From the NCBI RefSeq assembly GCF_029906645.1, contig NZ_JARYGZ010000001.1:737208-801207 (forward strand): a DNA stretch of 64,000 nucleotides, read 5' to 3'. Of the stretch, positions 37,764 to 47,105 are shown piece after piece (within the stretch, counting starts at the first letter, position 1; every line of letters starts with the position of its first letter). Source of the stretch: Sphingomonas oryzagri (GTDB lineage Bacteria > Pseudomonadota > Alphaproteobacteria > Sphingomonadales > Sphingomonadaceae). Made by a program: the position numbers and the translations under genes. The notes beneath the pieces are model-generated. The model saw only the letters and a program-made list of their open reading frames with translations, made no database searches and was not told the DNA's origin.

Positions 37764-37796
37764 GAAAAAGGCCGCCCGCATCGCTGCGGACGGCCT
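37764..37796 (-). terminator. Rho-independent terminator of the rpsF-rpsR-rplI operon
   Basis: Minus strand AGGCCGTCCGC-agcgat-GCGGGCGGCCT followed by TTTTTC. Confidence 0.6.
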
Positions 37797-37824
37797 CATT
37801 CTCATCGGTCCCGGTGGGAAGCGA

Positions 37825-38421
37825 TCAGGCCTCGGCCTGCTCGTCTTCCTGCGCGGGGGCCTCGGCGGTGGCGCCCGGCTCGGCGTTGGGATCGTAATCC
37901 TCGGTGAAGCCGGCCTCGTCACGCTCGAACATCTCAGCCATGACATCGACGCCCTGCGCCTGCAGGTCCGCCTCTTCCGGCGAGCGGGCGACGTTGACCT
38001 TCACGGTCACCGACACCTCGGGGTGCAGGGTCACGCGGACCTCGTGCACGCCGATCGCCTTGATCGGCTTGTCGAGTACGATCTGCGACTTGGTGACGTG
38101 CGCGCCGTCGGCGTGCAGCAGCTCGGCGAGGTCGCGGGCCGAAACCGAACCATAGAGCTGGCCGGTGTTCGACGCCTGACGGATCAGGGTCACCGACTTG
38201 CCGTCGATGTCCTTCGATTCCGACACGGCCACATCGCGCTTCTTGGCGTTTTCCGCCTCGAGATGGGCGCGGTTCGCCTCGAAGACCTTCTTGTTGGCTT
38301 CGTTGGCGCGCAGCGCCTTCTTGTTCGGCAGCAGGAAGTTACGGGCATAGCCGTTCTTCACGGTGACGATGTCGCCGATGGCGCCGAGCTTCTCGACGCG
38401 CTCCAGCAGAATGACTTCCAT
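37825..38421 (-). CDS. rplI: 50S ribosomal protein L9
   Basis: MEVILLERVEKLGAIGDIVTVKNGYARNFLLP... with an acidic C-terminal tail. Confidence 0.95.
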   Translation of the reverse strand: MEVILLERVEKLGAIGDIVTVKNGYARNFLLPNKKALRANEANKKVFEANRAHLEAENAKKRDVAVSESKDIDGKSVTLIRQASNTGQLYGSVSARDLAELLHADGAHVTKSQIVLDKPIKAIGVHEVRVTLHPEVSVTVKVNVARSPEEADLQAQGVDVMAEMFERDEAGFTEDYDPNAEPGATAEAPAQEDEQAEA

Positions 38422-38433
38422 GGGGGCGTCTCC

Positions 38434-38658
38434 TTACTTCACGACGTAGGGAAGCAGGCCGAGGTGACGGGCGCGCTTGATCTCGCGAGCCAGCTCACGC
38501 TGCTTCTTGGCGGACACCGCGGTGATGCGGCTGGGGACGATCTTGCCGCGCTCGGACACGAAGCCCTGGAGCAGACGGACATCCTTGTAATCGATCCGGG
38601 GAGCGTCCTTCGCGGAGAAGGGGCAGCTCTTGCGGCGGCGGAAGAATGGGCGTGCCAT
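38434..38658 (-). CDS. rpsR: 30S ribosomal protein S18
   Basis: [71 protein letters not shown]. Confidence 0.95.
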   Translation of the reverse strand: MARPFFRRRKSCPFSAKDAPRIDYKDVRLLQGFVSERGKIVPSRITAVSAKKQRELAREIKRARHLGLLPYVVK

Positions 38659-38687
38659 TTCTTGTGTTTCCTATCTCTCTGGAGGGC

Positions 38688-39116
38688 TCAGGCGGCGTCG
38701 CGCGGCGCTTCGTCGCGGTCGCGACGGGGGCCACGGTCACCACGGTCGCCGCGATCGCCACCACGACCGCCACGATCACCACCGCGATCGCGCTCGTTGC
38801 GGCGCATCATCGCCGACGGGCCGGCCTCATGCTCGTCCACGCGGACGGTCATGTAGCGGATGATGTCCTCGTTGATCGCCAGCTGGCGCTCGAGCTCCTG
38901 GATCGTCGCGGCCGGGCCGTCGATCTCGAGCATCACGTAGTGCGCCTTGCGGTTCTTCGCGATACGATAGGCGAGGCTGCGCAGACCCCAGGTCTCGGTC
39001 TTGACGATCTTGCCGCCGAGTCCCTCGACGATCTGGGTGGCGTTTTCCGCCAGCGCATCAACCTGCGCCTGGGCGAGGTCCTGACGCGCGAGAAACACAT
39101 GCTCGTACAGAGCCAT
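38688..39116 (-). CDS. rpsF: 30S ribosomal protein S6
   Basis: [52 protein letters not shown]... with an RGG/RGD-rich tail. The track ORF starts 24 codons upstream. Confidence 0.9.
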   Translation of the reverse strand: MALYEHVFLARQDLAQAQVDALAENATQIVEGLGGKIVKTETWGLRSLAYRIAKNRKAHYVMLEIDGPAATIQELERQLAINEDIIRYMTVRVDEHEAGPSAMMRRNERDRGGDRGGRGGDRGDRGDRGPRRDRDEAPRDAA

Positions 39117-39278
39117 GTGGCCGTCCTTCCAATGTTGGCCGATCGCTGGCGGCCACCCCGTGTGGACGCCCCTCCGGCTGTCTTTCAAATAGTGAACGGG
39201 GCGCTGAGCCTGTGCTCGGCACCCCGGACGCGCGGGCCTATGAGCGAAATCGGCGGGAAATGCAAGCCGGGGAACGGC

Positions 39279-39914
39279 TCAGGCGCGCGACTTGTAGAAA
39301 ATGTGCGCACCGATTTGGCGTACGCGCACGAAACGGCGCGACCAGTCCGGCGAGACGGCGATGGTATGGTAGAAGGTGGCGGATCCGACCGGATCGTAGG
39401 TCTCGCCGCCGAGCGCGCGGCGCGCGATGCGCAGCGCGGCGGCCCAGGCGCCGGTCTCGCGACGGCCGCGTTGGGCGCCGTCGCAGACGAAATCGAACTG
39501 GCAACCGCCGCTCGCGGCCGATCGCTGGTGGATCACGCCGCACACGCTGCCCGCGAAGGACGGCTTGCCGACGCGGTTGAGCACCACCTGCGCGACGGCG
39601 CGCTGACCTTCCTCGGATTCCGAGCGGGCTTCGTAATAGACGGCAGCGGTGAGGCAGTTGAGCGTCGCCTCGTCGTCGGCGTTGACGGAGCGGGAATGGC
39701 GGCTGAGCGGCGACCAGGACAGCATCTCGTTGAACATGTTCGCTACCCGATACGTCAGACGCGGCGGCCCGGCCGGCAGCGGATCGTCCAGCGCAACAGT
39801 TAATCCAGATTCGGTCGCCCGTTGCGAAGATGGCGGGCGCAGCCCGATCGACGGCGCGGTGCACGATGCGCACAGCAGCAGGATCAGGAGGCCGGCGCCC
39901 CGACGATCTCGCAT
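39279..39914 (-). CDS. Cell wall hydrolase SleB-like (Hydrolase_2 family), secreted
   Basis: Signal/lipobox LLILLLCASC, core NCLTAAVYYEARSESEEGQRAVAQVVLNRV and CQFDFVCDG. Confidence 0.75.
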   Translation of the reverse strand: MRDRRGAGLLILLLCASCTAPSIGLRPPSSQRATESGLTVALDDPLPAGPPRLTYRVANMFNEMLSWSPLSRHSRSVNADDEATLNCLTAAVYYEARSESEEGQRAVAQVVLNRVGKPSFAGSVCGVIHQRSAASGGCQFDFVCDGAQRGRRETGAWAAALRIARRALGGETYDPVGSATFYHTIAVSPDWSRRFVRVRQIGAHIFYKSRA

Positions 39915-40017
39915 CTCTCCCGTCGCCCCGTCTTGTTTAAAGTGGAGCGTTATTTAATCCGGACGAGTCTTTTTAAGGTTAAGATCGATTTTTCGACTTT
40001 GGTCTACCGTGTCGGAT

Positions 40018-40794
40018 CTACAACAAGCGCTGTGCGACCAGTTTGGCTTCCACGTCGCATCCTGTCGGCCTGGGCGTCGCTGGATCGGCGGTGAGGCGCC
40101 GCAGTTCGGCACGGGCGGCCGCGGCATCCGCCTGATAGGCCGGAGTCTGACGCACCACCTGCATCGTCGATCCGGCCGAGAGCTTCCCGGCCTCGACCGC
40201 GCTCTCGTTATGCGCGCCGCAGATGAAGCGGCTGTCGCCATAGGCCCGTCCACGCGCGAGGATGGCGGTGGCGCGTTCCGGCAGCAGATCGGAGAGGGCG
40301 AGCGCCCATGTCCAGCCGAGCGTGGTGTGGCCGGATGGGTAATCGTAGCTGTCAGCCAGTTCTGCCTCGGGCTGGCAGATCTTGCCGTGATCGATCAGGA
40401 ATGGGCGCCGCCGCTTGTAGAAATCCTTGGCGATATTGGTCTGGCGGCTGGTGTCGGCACGCGCCCGCGCGACGAGGGCCTCGGTGCGCGGCGCGTCTTC
40501 CGGCGTCAGCGCCACGCCGACCGCGCAGGAGAAATCCGCCATCAGCGATCGCTGATCGGTCTTCACGTCGCTGGTGGCGAGCTGCCAGCGCGGCGTGCCG
40601 ATCAGCTTGCGGGTCTTTTTGAAGATCGTCCGGTCCGCCTTGTAGCGCGCGTCTCCGGCGATCGGGGCGGGCGGCAGTACCTGCATCAGATCGAAGGCAC
40701 CTTCGGCGAGATAGCCCTGCGGCTTGGCGGCGCCGAGCGTGGTGGCAAGCGTTGCGGAGAGGATGGCGACGGCGGACAGGGCTTTGATACGCAT
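40018..40794 (-). CDS. Class A acid phosphatase (PAP2 superfamily), secreted
   Basis: Signal peptide MRIKALSAVAILSATLATTLGAA. PAP2 motifs KDFYKRRRP, YPSGHT, SRFICGAHNESAV. Confidence 0.85.
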   Translation of the reverse strand: MRIKALSAVAILSATLATTLGAAKPQGYLAEGAFDLMQVLPPAPIAGDARYKADRTIFKKTRKLIGTPRWQLATSDVKTDQRSLMADFSCAVGVALTPEDAPRTEALVARARADTSRQTNIAKDFYKRRRPFLIDHGKICQPEAELADSYDYPSGHTTLGWTWALALSDLLPERATAILARGRAYGDSRFICGAHNESAVEAGKLSAGSTMQVVRQTPAYQADAAAARAELRRLTADPATPRPTGCDVEAKLVAQRLL

Positions 40795-40868
40795 GGGGCG
40801 GGGCGTGCCACGGCTTGCGCTTCGGCGTCCAGCTTTCTATCGCGCCCCCTTCATCCAAGGAGAGGATC

Positions 40869-41804
40869 ATGCGCGCGTTCATCTTTCCCGGCCAGGGCAG
40901 TCAGGCCGTCGGCATGGGTCATGCGCTTGCGCAGGCCAGCGGTGTCGCGCGCGAAGTGTTTCAGGAAGTCGACGATGCGCTGGGGCAGAAGCTCGCGGCG
41001 TTGATGGCGGAAGGCCCGGCCGACGCGCTGATGCTCACCGAGAACGCGCAGCCGGCGATCATGGCGAACGCCATCGCGACGCTGCGGGTGCTGGAGAAGG
41101 ATGGCGGCATCCGCCTTGCCGACAAGGCCGAGTTCGTAGCCGGGCACTCACTCGGCGAATATACGGCTTTGTGCGCGGCCGAGGCGCTCGCGCTGGCCGA
41201 GACGGCGAAGCTGCTGCGTATCCGCGGGCAGGCGATGCAGGCGGCGGTGCCGGTGGGCGAGGGCGCGATGGCCGCCCTGCTCGGCCTTGATTTCGCCGCT
41301 GCGCGCCAGATCGCTGCCGACGCCGCCGAGAACGAAGTGTGCGAGGCGGCCAACGACAACGCGCCGGGGCAGGTGGTCGTCTCCGGCACCAGGGCCGCTG
41401 TCGAGCGCGCGGTCGAGCTTGCCAAGGTGCGCGGCGGCAAGCGCGCGATGCTGCTGCCGGTGTCCGCGCCCTTCCACTGCTCGCTGATGGAGCCGGCCGC
41501 CCGTGCGATGGAGAAGGCGCTGGCCGGCGCCGACCTGCGCGCGCCACTGGTGCCGGTCTATGCCAACGTGACGGCCGCCCCGGTCGCCGATCCGACGAGC
41601 ATCCGCACGTTGCTGGTCGAGCAGGTGACGGGCACGGTGCGTTGGCGCGAGAGCGTCGAGGCGATGGTCGCAGCCGGCGTGACCGAGTTCGTGGAGTTCG
41701 GCGGCAAGGTGCTCGGCCCGATGATCAAGCGCATCGCGCCCGACGCCACCGCGACGTCGGTGATCACGATGGACGATATCGAAGCGCTGGCGAAAACGCT
41801 CTGA
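40869..41804 (+). CDS. fabD: Malonyl CoA-ACP transacylase
   Basis: MRAFIFPGQGSQAVGMG, active-site GHSLGEY. Confidence 0.95.
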   Translation: MRAFIFPGQGSQAVGMGHALAQASGVAREVFQEVDDALGQKLAALMAEGPADALMLTENAQPAIMANAIATLRVLEKDGGIRLADKAEFVAGHSLGEYTALCAAEALALAETAKLLRIRGQAMQAAVPVGEGAMAALLGLDFAAARQIAADAAENEVCEAANDNAPGQVVVSGTRAAVERAVELAKVRGGKRAMLLPVSAPFHCSLMEPAARAMEKALAGADLRAPLVPVYANVTAAPVADPTSIRTLLVEQVTGTVRWRESVEAMVAAGVTEFVEFGGKVLGPMIKRIAPDATATSVITMDDIEALAKTL

Positions 41805-41818
41805 GAGAGGACGGAAGC

Positions 41819-42559
41819 ATGTTCGATCTGACGGGAATGACCGCGCTGGTGACCGGCGCATCCGGCGGCCTCGGCTCGGCGACGGCCAAGGCGCTGGCGG
41901 CGCAGGGCGCGAAGGTCGCGCTCTCCGGCACGCGCGGGGCGGTGCTGGCCGAGGTGGCCTCCGGGCTGCCCAACGATCCGGTGACGCTGACCTGCAACCT
42001 CTCTGACTCGGCGGAGGTCGATGGCCTGATCCCGCGCGCGGTCGAGGCGCTGGGCGGCAAGCTCGACATCCTCGTCAACAATGCCGGCATCACCCGCGAC
42101 AACCTCGTCATGCGGATGAAGGACGAGGAATGGGATCAGGTGATCTCGGTCAACCTCGAGGCCGCCTTCCGCCTGATCCGCGCCGCCGCCAAGCCGATGA
42201 TGAAGGCGCGCTTCGGACGGATCATCTCCATCACCTCGGTGGTGGGCGTCACGGGCAATCCGGGGCAGGCCAATTACGCGGCCTCCAAGGCCGGGCTGAT
42301 CGGCATGTCCAAGAGCCTCGCGCAGGAACTGGCGAGCCGCAACATCACGGTGAACTGCGTGGCGCCGGGCTTCATCCGATCGGCGATGACCGACGCGCTG
42401 AACGATGCGCAGAAATCCGCGATCCTGACGAAGATCCCGGCCGGCGACCTCGGCGACGGCGGCGATATCGGCGCGGCGGTCGCCTATCTGGCGAGCCGCG
42501 AGGCTGGGTACGTCACCGGCCAGACGCTGCACGTCAACGGCGGCATGGCGATGATCTGA
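41819..42559 (+). CDS. fabG: 3-oxoacyl-ACP reductase
   Basis: TGASGGLGSATAK Rossmann motif, catalytic NYAASKAG, SDR family. Confidence 0.95.
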   Translation: MFDLTGMTALVTGASGGLGSATAKALAAQGAKVALSGTRGAVLAEVASGLPNDPVTLTCNLSDSAEVDGLIPRAVEALGGKLDILVNNAGITRDNLVMRMKDEEWDQVISVNLEAAFRLIRAAAKPMMKARFGRIISITSVVGVTGNPGQANYAASKAGLIGMSKSLAQELASRNITVNCVAPGFIRSAMTDALNDAQKSAILTKIPAGDLGDGGDIGAAVAYLASREAGYVTGQTLHVNGGMAMI

Positions 42560-42566
42560 TCTTATT

Positions 42567-42590
42567 CCTCCCCGAGCTTTCTCGGGGAGG
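42567..42590. repeat. Palindrome CCTCCCCGAG-cttt-CTCGGGGAGG (fabG terminator-like; member of a CCTCCCC palindrome pair)
   Basis: Perfect 10-bp stem read directly; lies 8 nt after the fabG stop. Confidence 0.6.
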
Positions 42591-42630
42591 GGGATCATCC
42601 GCAGGATGGGGGAGGGGAGATGCGCCGCGC

Positions 42631-43875
42631 CTACCCCTCCACCACTCGCCTTCGGCGGGCAGTCCCCCTCCCCAAGACAAGCTTGGGGAGGAATTTGAAG
42701 TCCAGCACCCACGCCCGCCTCAGCGTGATCGCGAAGACCGCGACCAGGGTGATCCAGTCTAGAGGCACGAGCGTCAGCGCCGCGATCTGGCGGCCGACGA
42801 ACGGCACGAGATAGGCGATCGCGAGAATGCTTTTCTCATGTCCCAGCCAGCCCCGCTCGCGCGCGTCCGCGACGAGGAAGCAGAGCGCGCCGCCGAGGAT
42901 CACGAGGTCGTAGTCCATCGCATAGGGCGTCGAGAGCAGGGCCGCGCAGCATACCGTCGCGCCGCGCAGCGCCGGGCTCGCCCAGCGCGCGGCGAGCGCG
43001 GCGCCGGCGATGGCGAGCGCGGTCGAGATCGCCTGAAAGCCGTAAGCGAGCGGGATCGGCGCACCCAGTGCCCGCGCGGTCGCGAAGCTGGTGACGATCT
43101 TCTCCCAGCCGGTCTCGCCGGTCTCGATCACGCGGGTGCGGGTGAGGATCAGCGAATCGTGGAAGGCCTGCCACACCGGCCAGCCCCAGATGGCGAGCGT
43201 GATCGCGACCAGCCCGAGCGACGAGATCGCGGCTCCGGCAAAGGCGCGCCGGTTGCCCGCCGCGATCAGCACCACCGGCAGCAGCACCGCGAATTGCGGC
43301 TTGTAGACGAGGCAGCCGAGCAGCAGCCCGGCCGTCCACGGCCTGCGATCGAGCAGCGCCAGCCCGCCCGCGAGCAGGCTCGCGGTTAGGAAGGCGTTCT
43401 GGCCATGCCCGATACAGACGAAGCTCGCCGGCGCCGCCAGCACCGCCAGCGTCGTGCCGGGGCCGGGCACGATCTTCCGCGCCACCATGACCGCACCCGC
43501 CAGTGTCGTGCCGAGCCACAGCGCCAATGCGGCCAGATACGGCATCGTCGCCAGCAGGCTCGCGAGCAGCAGGAAGGGCGGCGGATAATGCCAGCCGTAG
43601 AAGGGCACCGCCTTGGAATGATGCAGCGCCTGCTGGACCTTATAATGTTCGGGCCAGACCCAGGCGGCGGCGGCGCGACCGTGATCGGCCATCCAGCCGG
43701 CGGCATAGACGTCCGAGAAATCGGTGCCGATCGGCCGGCCCTGCGCGTCCAGCGTACCGTGCGACATCGACAGCAGGAATCCGTATCCAAGGATCGTCGC
43801 CGCCAGCAGGAAGGCACAGACCAGCCGCACCCGCCGCGCGTCCACCCAGTCGCCGCTTTTCCACGCCTCGCCCAT
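42631..43875 (-). CDS. Polytopic membrane glycosyltransferase-like protein (GT87/DUF2029 family)
   Basis: 414 aa with at least 10 TM helices and an N-terminal periplasmic-loop motif typical of DUF2029 mannosyltransferase-like proteins (FSDVYAAGWMADHG). Confidence 0.7.
   Translation of the reverse strand: MGEAWKSGDWVDARRVRLVCAFLLAATILGYGFLLSMSHGTLDAQGRPIGTDFSDVYAAGWMADHGRAAAAWVWPEHYKVQQALHHSKAVPFYGWHYPPPFLLLASLLATMPYLAALALWLGTTLAGAVMVARKIVPGPGTTLAVLAAPASFVCIGHGQNAFLTASLLAGGLALLDRRPWTAGLLLGCLVYKPQFAVLLPVVLIAAGNRRAFAGAAISSLGLVAITLAIWGWPVWQAFHDSLILTRTRVIETGETGWEKIVTSFATARALGAPIPLAYGFQAISTALAIAGAALAARWASPALRGATVCCAALLSTPYAMDYDLVILGGALCFLVADARERGWLGHEKSILAIAYLVPFVGRQIAALTLVPLDWITLVAVFAITLRRAWVLDFKFLPKLVLGRGTARRRRVVEG
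42667..42691. repeat. Second palindrome CCTCCCCAAG-acaag-CTTGGGGAGG, exactly 100 nt from the first and inside the 3' end of the GT87-like CDS
   Basis: Perfect 10-bp stem; same CCTCCCC core; GGGGGAGGGGAG lies between the two. Confidence 0.55.
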
Positions 43876-44007
43876 CGGGCACGCCCTAGCACCGTTCCGG
43901 CTGCGAAAGTCCTAACGCTGTCGCCGGCCCCTCTTGCCAGCCTTCGCCGCCCCGTCTAGGGCGTTTTCCCAACCCACAATCCCTTCGATCAACATGGGAA
44001 GAGAGAC

Positions 44008-44244
44008 ATGAGCGAGACCGCCGAGCGCGTGAAGAAGATCGTCGTCGAGCATCTCGGCGTCGAGGCCGAGAAGGTCACCGAGGACGCGTCCTTCATCGAC
44101 GATCTCGGTGCCGACAGCCTCGACATCGTCGAGCTGGTTATGGCGTTCGAGGAAGAATTCGGTGTCGAGATCCCCGACGACGCCGCCGAGAAGATCACGA
44201 CCGTGAAGGACGCGATCGCCTATATCGACAGCCACAAGGGCTGA
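44008..44244 (+). CDS. acpP: Acyl carrier protein
   Basis: [25 protein letters not shown] phosphopantetheine-attachment motif. Confidence 0.97.
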   Translation: MSETAERVKKIVVEHLGVEAEKVTEDASFIDDLGADSLDIVELVMAFEEEFGVEIPDDAAEKITTVKDAIAYIDSHKG

Positions 44245-44380
44245 CGAGAGGCTTCGCGTCGGGCCTCCTTCGGGGGCCGACGAGATTGACGGCCCTCCGA
44301 CCCGGATCAACGGGGCCGGGGGGCCGTTTCGTTATGAGGCGCGTTAAACGAAGCGCCGAGATGAGAGGAAGGAGGCGCCG

Positions 44381-45637
44381 ATGCGCCGTGTAGTCGTCAC
44401 CGGTCTGGGCCTCGTCACGCCGTTGGGCGGGGATGTCGAGACGAGCTGGGCCAACCTGATCGCCGGCAAGTCCGGCGCCGGGCAGATCACCCGCTTCGAT
44501 ACCGCCGACCAGAAGTGCACGATCGCCTGCGAGGTGAAGCCCAAGGACCATCCCTGGGGCTTCGATGCGGGCAAGCGCGTCGATCACAAGGTGCAGCGCC
44601 AGGTCGATCCCTTCATCGTCTACGGTATCGACGCCGCCGGCCAGGCGCTGGAAGATGCCGGCCTCACCGATATGTCGGTGGAGGAAAGCTGGCGCGCGGG
44701 CGTTTCGATCGGTTCGGGCATCGGTGGCCTGCCGGGCATCGAAAGCGAGTCGATCGTGCTGCACGAGAAAGGCCCCGGCCGCGTCTCGCCCCACTTCGTC
44801 CACGGCCGCCTGATCAACCTGATCTCTGGCCAGGTATCGATCAAATACGGCCTGCGCGGACCGAACCACGCCGTCGTCACGGCCTGCTCGACTGGCGCGC
44901 ACTCGATCGGCGACGCCGCGCGGATGATCGCCATGGACGATGCCGATGTGATGCTGGCCGGCGGTGCCGAGAGCACCGTCTGCCCGATCGGCATCGCCGG
45001 CTTCGCCCAGGCGCGCGCGCTGGCGACCACCTTCAACGATCGTCCCGAACAGGCATCGCGCCCCTATGACAAGGATCGCGACGGCTTCGTGATGGGCGAG
45101 GGCGCCGGTGTCGTGGTGCTCGAGGAATATGAGCACGCCAAGGCGCGCGGCGCGAAGATCTATGCCGAGGTGATCGGCTACGGCCTGTCGGGCGACGCCT
45201 ACCACGTCACCGCTCCGCACCCGGACGGCGACGGCGCTTATCGTTCGATGGAGATGGCGATCCGCAAGTCCGGCCTGAAGCCGGAGGACATCGACTACAT
45301 CAACGCCCACGGCACCTCGACCATGGCGGATCTGATCGAGCTGGGCGCGACCCAGCGCCTGTTCGGCAAGGATCTCGGCGGCACCTCGATGAGCTCGACC
45401 AAGTCGGCGATCGGCCACCTGCTCGGCGGTGCGGGCGCGGTGGAATCGATCTTCTGCATCCTCGCGATCCGTGACCAGATCGTCCCGCCGACGCTCAACC
45501 TCGACAATCCCGACGAGGGCACCGAGGGCGTCGATCTCGTGCCGCACAAGGCGAAGAAGCGCGAAGTGCGCGCGGTGCTCAACAACAGCTTCGGGTTCGG
45601 CGGCACCAACGCCAGCCTGGTGATGCGCAAGATCTGA
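44381..45637 (+). CDS. fabF: 3-oxoacyl-ACP synthase II
   Basis: MRRVVVTGLGLVTPLG..., active-site Cys ACSTGAHSIG, HGTSTMADLIE, GHLLGGAG. Confidence 0.95.
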   Translation: MRRVVVTGLGLVTPLGGDVETSWANLIAGKSGAGQITRFDTADQKCTIACEVKPKDHPWGFDAGKRVDHKVQRQVDPFIVYGIDAAGQALEDAGLTDMSVEESWRAGVSIGSGIGGLPGIESESIVLHEKGPGRVSPHFVHGRLINLISGQVSIKYGLRGPNHAVVTACSTGAHSIGDAARMIAMDDADVMLAGGAESTVCPIGIAGFAQARALATTFNDRPEQASRPYDKDRDGFVMGEGAGVVVLEEYEHAKARGAKIYAEVIGYGLSGDAYHVTAPHPDGDGAYRSMEMAIRKSGLKPEDIDYINAHGTSTMADLIELGATQRLFGKDLGGTSMSSTKSAIGHLLGGAGAVESIFCILAIRDQIVPPTLNLDNPDEGTEGVDLVPHKAKKREVRAVLNNSFGFGGTNASLVMRKI

Positions 45638-45647
45638 GGCTGCGGGC

Positions 45648-46607
45648 GTGCGCCGGCTCCTCATCCTGGTGCTGGCGCTCGGCGCGCTGGCGATCGGTGT
45701 GCCGATGTGGATGTGGCGCGGCCCCGGCCCGTTGCCCAAGCCCACGATCGTCCAGATTCCGGAAGGGGCGACCATCGCCAGCGCCGCCAAGGCGCTGGAG
45801 GAAGCGCACGCCATCCGCAGCGCGACCTGGTTCCGGGGCCTTGCCGGCAAGCTCGGCTCCCGCGATCCGATTCGCGCGGGCGAGTTCCGGATCCCCGCGC
45901 ACGCCAGTGCGGCGACGATCCTCGATACGCTACAGCACGGCCGCCCGGCGCTGAAGCTGGTGACGATTCCGGAAGGCACGCCTTCGGTGATCGTGCAGGA
46001 CAAGCTGATGGCGACCAAGGCGCTGACCGGCAGTGTTCCGGTGCCGCCGGAAGGATCGGTGCTACCGGACAGCTACGCCTATCAGGCGGGCGATAGCCGG
46101 CTGATGATTGTCCAGCGGATGCAGAAGGCGATGGACAAGGCGCTGGCCGCCGAATGGACCGCGCGCGCACCCAATCTGGTGGTGACCACGCCCCGGCAGG
46201 CGCTGATCCTCGCCTCGATCGTCGAGAAGGAAACGGGTGTTGCCTCGGAACAGGCAATGGTCGCGGGCGTCTACAGCAACCGGCTCAAGCTCGGCATGGC
46301 CCTGCAGGCCGATCCGACCGTGATCTACCCGGTGACCAAGGGCCGCCCGCTCGGCCGGCGCATCCTTGAATCCGAATTGCACGCGAAGAACGGCTACAAC
46401 ACCTACGCCGAACCGGGGCTGCCGGAGGGGCCGATCTGCAATCCCGGTCGCGCATCGATCAACGCGGTGCTGCATCCGGCGGTGACGCAGGCGCTCTATT
46501 TCGTGGCGAACGGGCAGGGCGGCCATGTGTTCGCGGACACGCTGGCCCAGCACAATGCCAACGTGAAGAAATGGTACGCGATCCGCCACGCGCGCGGAGA
46601 GATGTAA
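45648..46607 (+). CDS. mltG: Endolytic murein transglycosylase MltG (YceG-like)
   Basis: N-terminal TM, then the YceG domain (LASIVEKETGVASEQAMVAGVYSNRLKLGMALQADPTVIYP). GTG start adjacent to the fabF stop. Confidence 0.85.
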   Translation: MRRLLILVLALGALAIGVPMWMWRGPGPLPKPTIVQIPEGATIASAAKALEEAHAIRSATWFRGLAGKLGSRDPIRAGEFRIPAHASAATILDTLQHGRPALKLVTIPEGTPSVIVQDKLMATKALTGSVPVPPEGSVLPDSYAYQAGDSRLMIVQRMQKAMDKALAAEWTARAPNLVVTTPRQALILASIVEKETGVASEQAMVAGVYSNRLKLGMALQADPTVIYPVTKGRPLGRRILESELHAKNGYNTYAEPGLPEGPICNPGRASINAVLHPAVTQALYFVANGQGGHVFADTLAQHNANVKKWYAIRHARGEM

Positions 46608-46727
46608 GCCCCGCATTAACCACGCTGAACGGCGGCTGCACGGGCTATTCCCAGACGGTTCAGGACGAATCGCCGATATCCTCCTTCGACACCCGGTTGG
46701 GGCCGGGAAGCACAAGGAGGGACGTCA

Positions 46728-47065
46728 TGCGCAAACCCATTCTGGCGGTGGTCACCGCCGCCACGCTCGCCGCTGGCACGATCGGAATGGCCGCTCCGGC
46801 CGAAGCGCGGGTCAGCACCGGAACGGCTGTTGCCGCCGGTATTCTCGGTCTTGGCGTCGGTGCGGCGATCGCGTCGGATCATCCGCGCCGGGCTTATTAT
46901 GATGACGGCTATTATGCGCCGCCGCCCCCGCCGCCTGCGCCGGTCTATTATGCGCCGCCGCCGCCGCCGCCGGCCTATTCCTACGAATATGTGCAGCGCT
47001 GCCGTGTCGTGGAACACTGGAGCCCCTATTACGGGCGCTACGTGCGCGATCGTCGCTGCTATTGA
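46728..47065 (+). CDS. Small secreted Pro/Tyr-rich protein
   Basis: Signal peptide MRKPILAVVTAATLAAGTIGMAAPAEA. Repeat YYAPPPPPPAPVYYAPPPPPPAYSY and two Cys near the C-terminus. Confidence 0.5.
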
Positions 47066-47105
47066 GGCGGAAGGCCGTCGTCCCTCGGGGGCGGCGGCCC
47101 TTTCG

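Noticed and set aside
38646-39803. 385-aa plus-strand ORF across the rpsF region
   Set aside because: It is antisense to ribosomal protein genes with unmistakable sequences.
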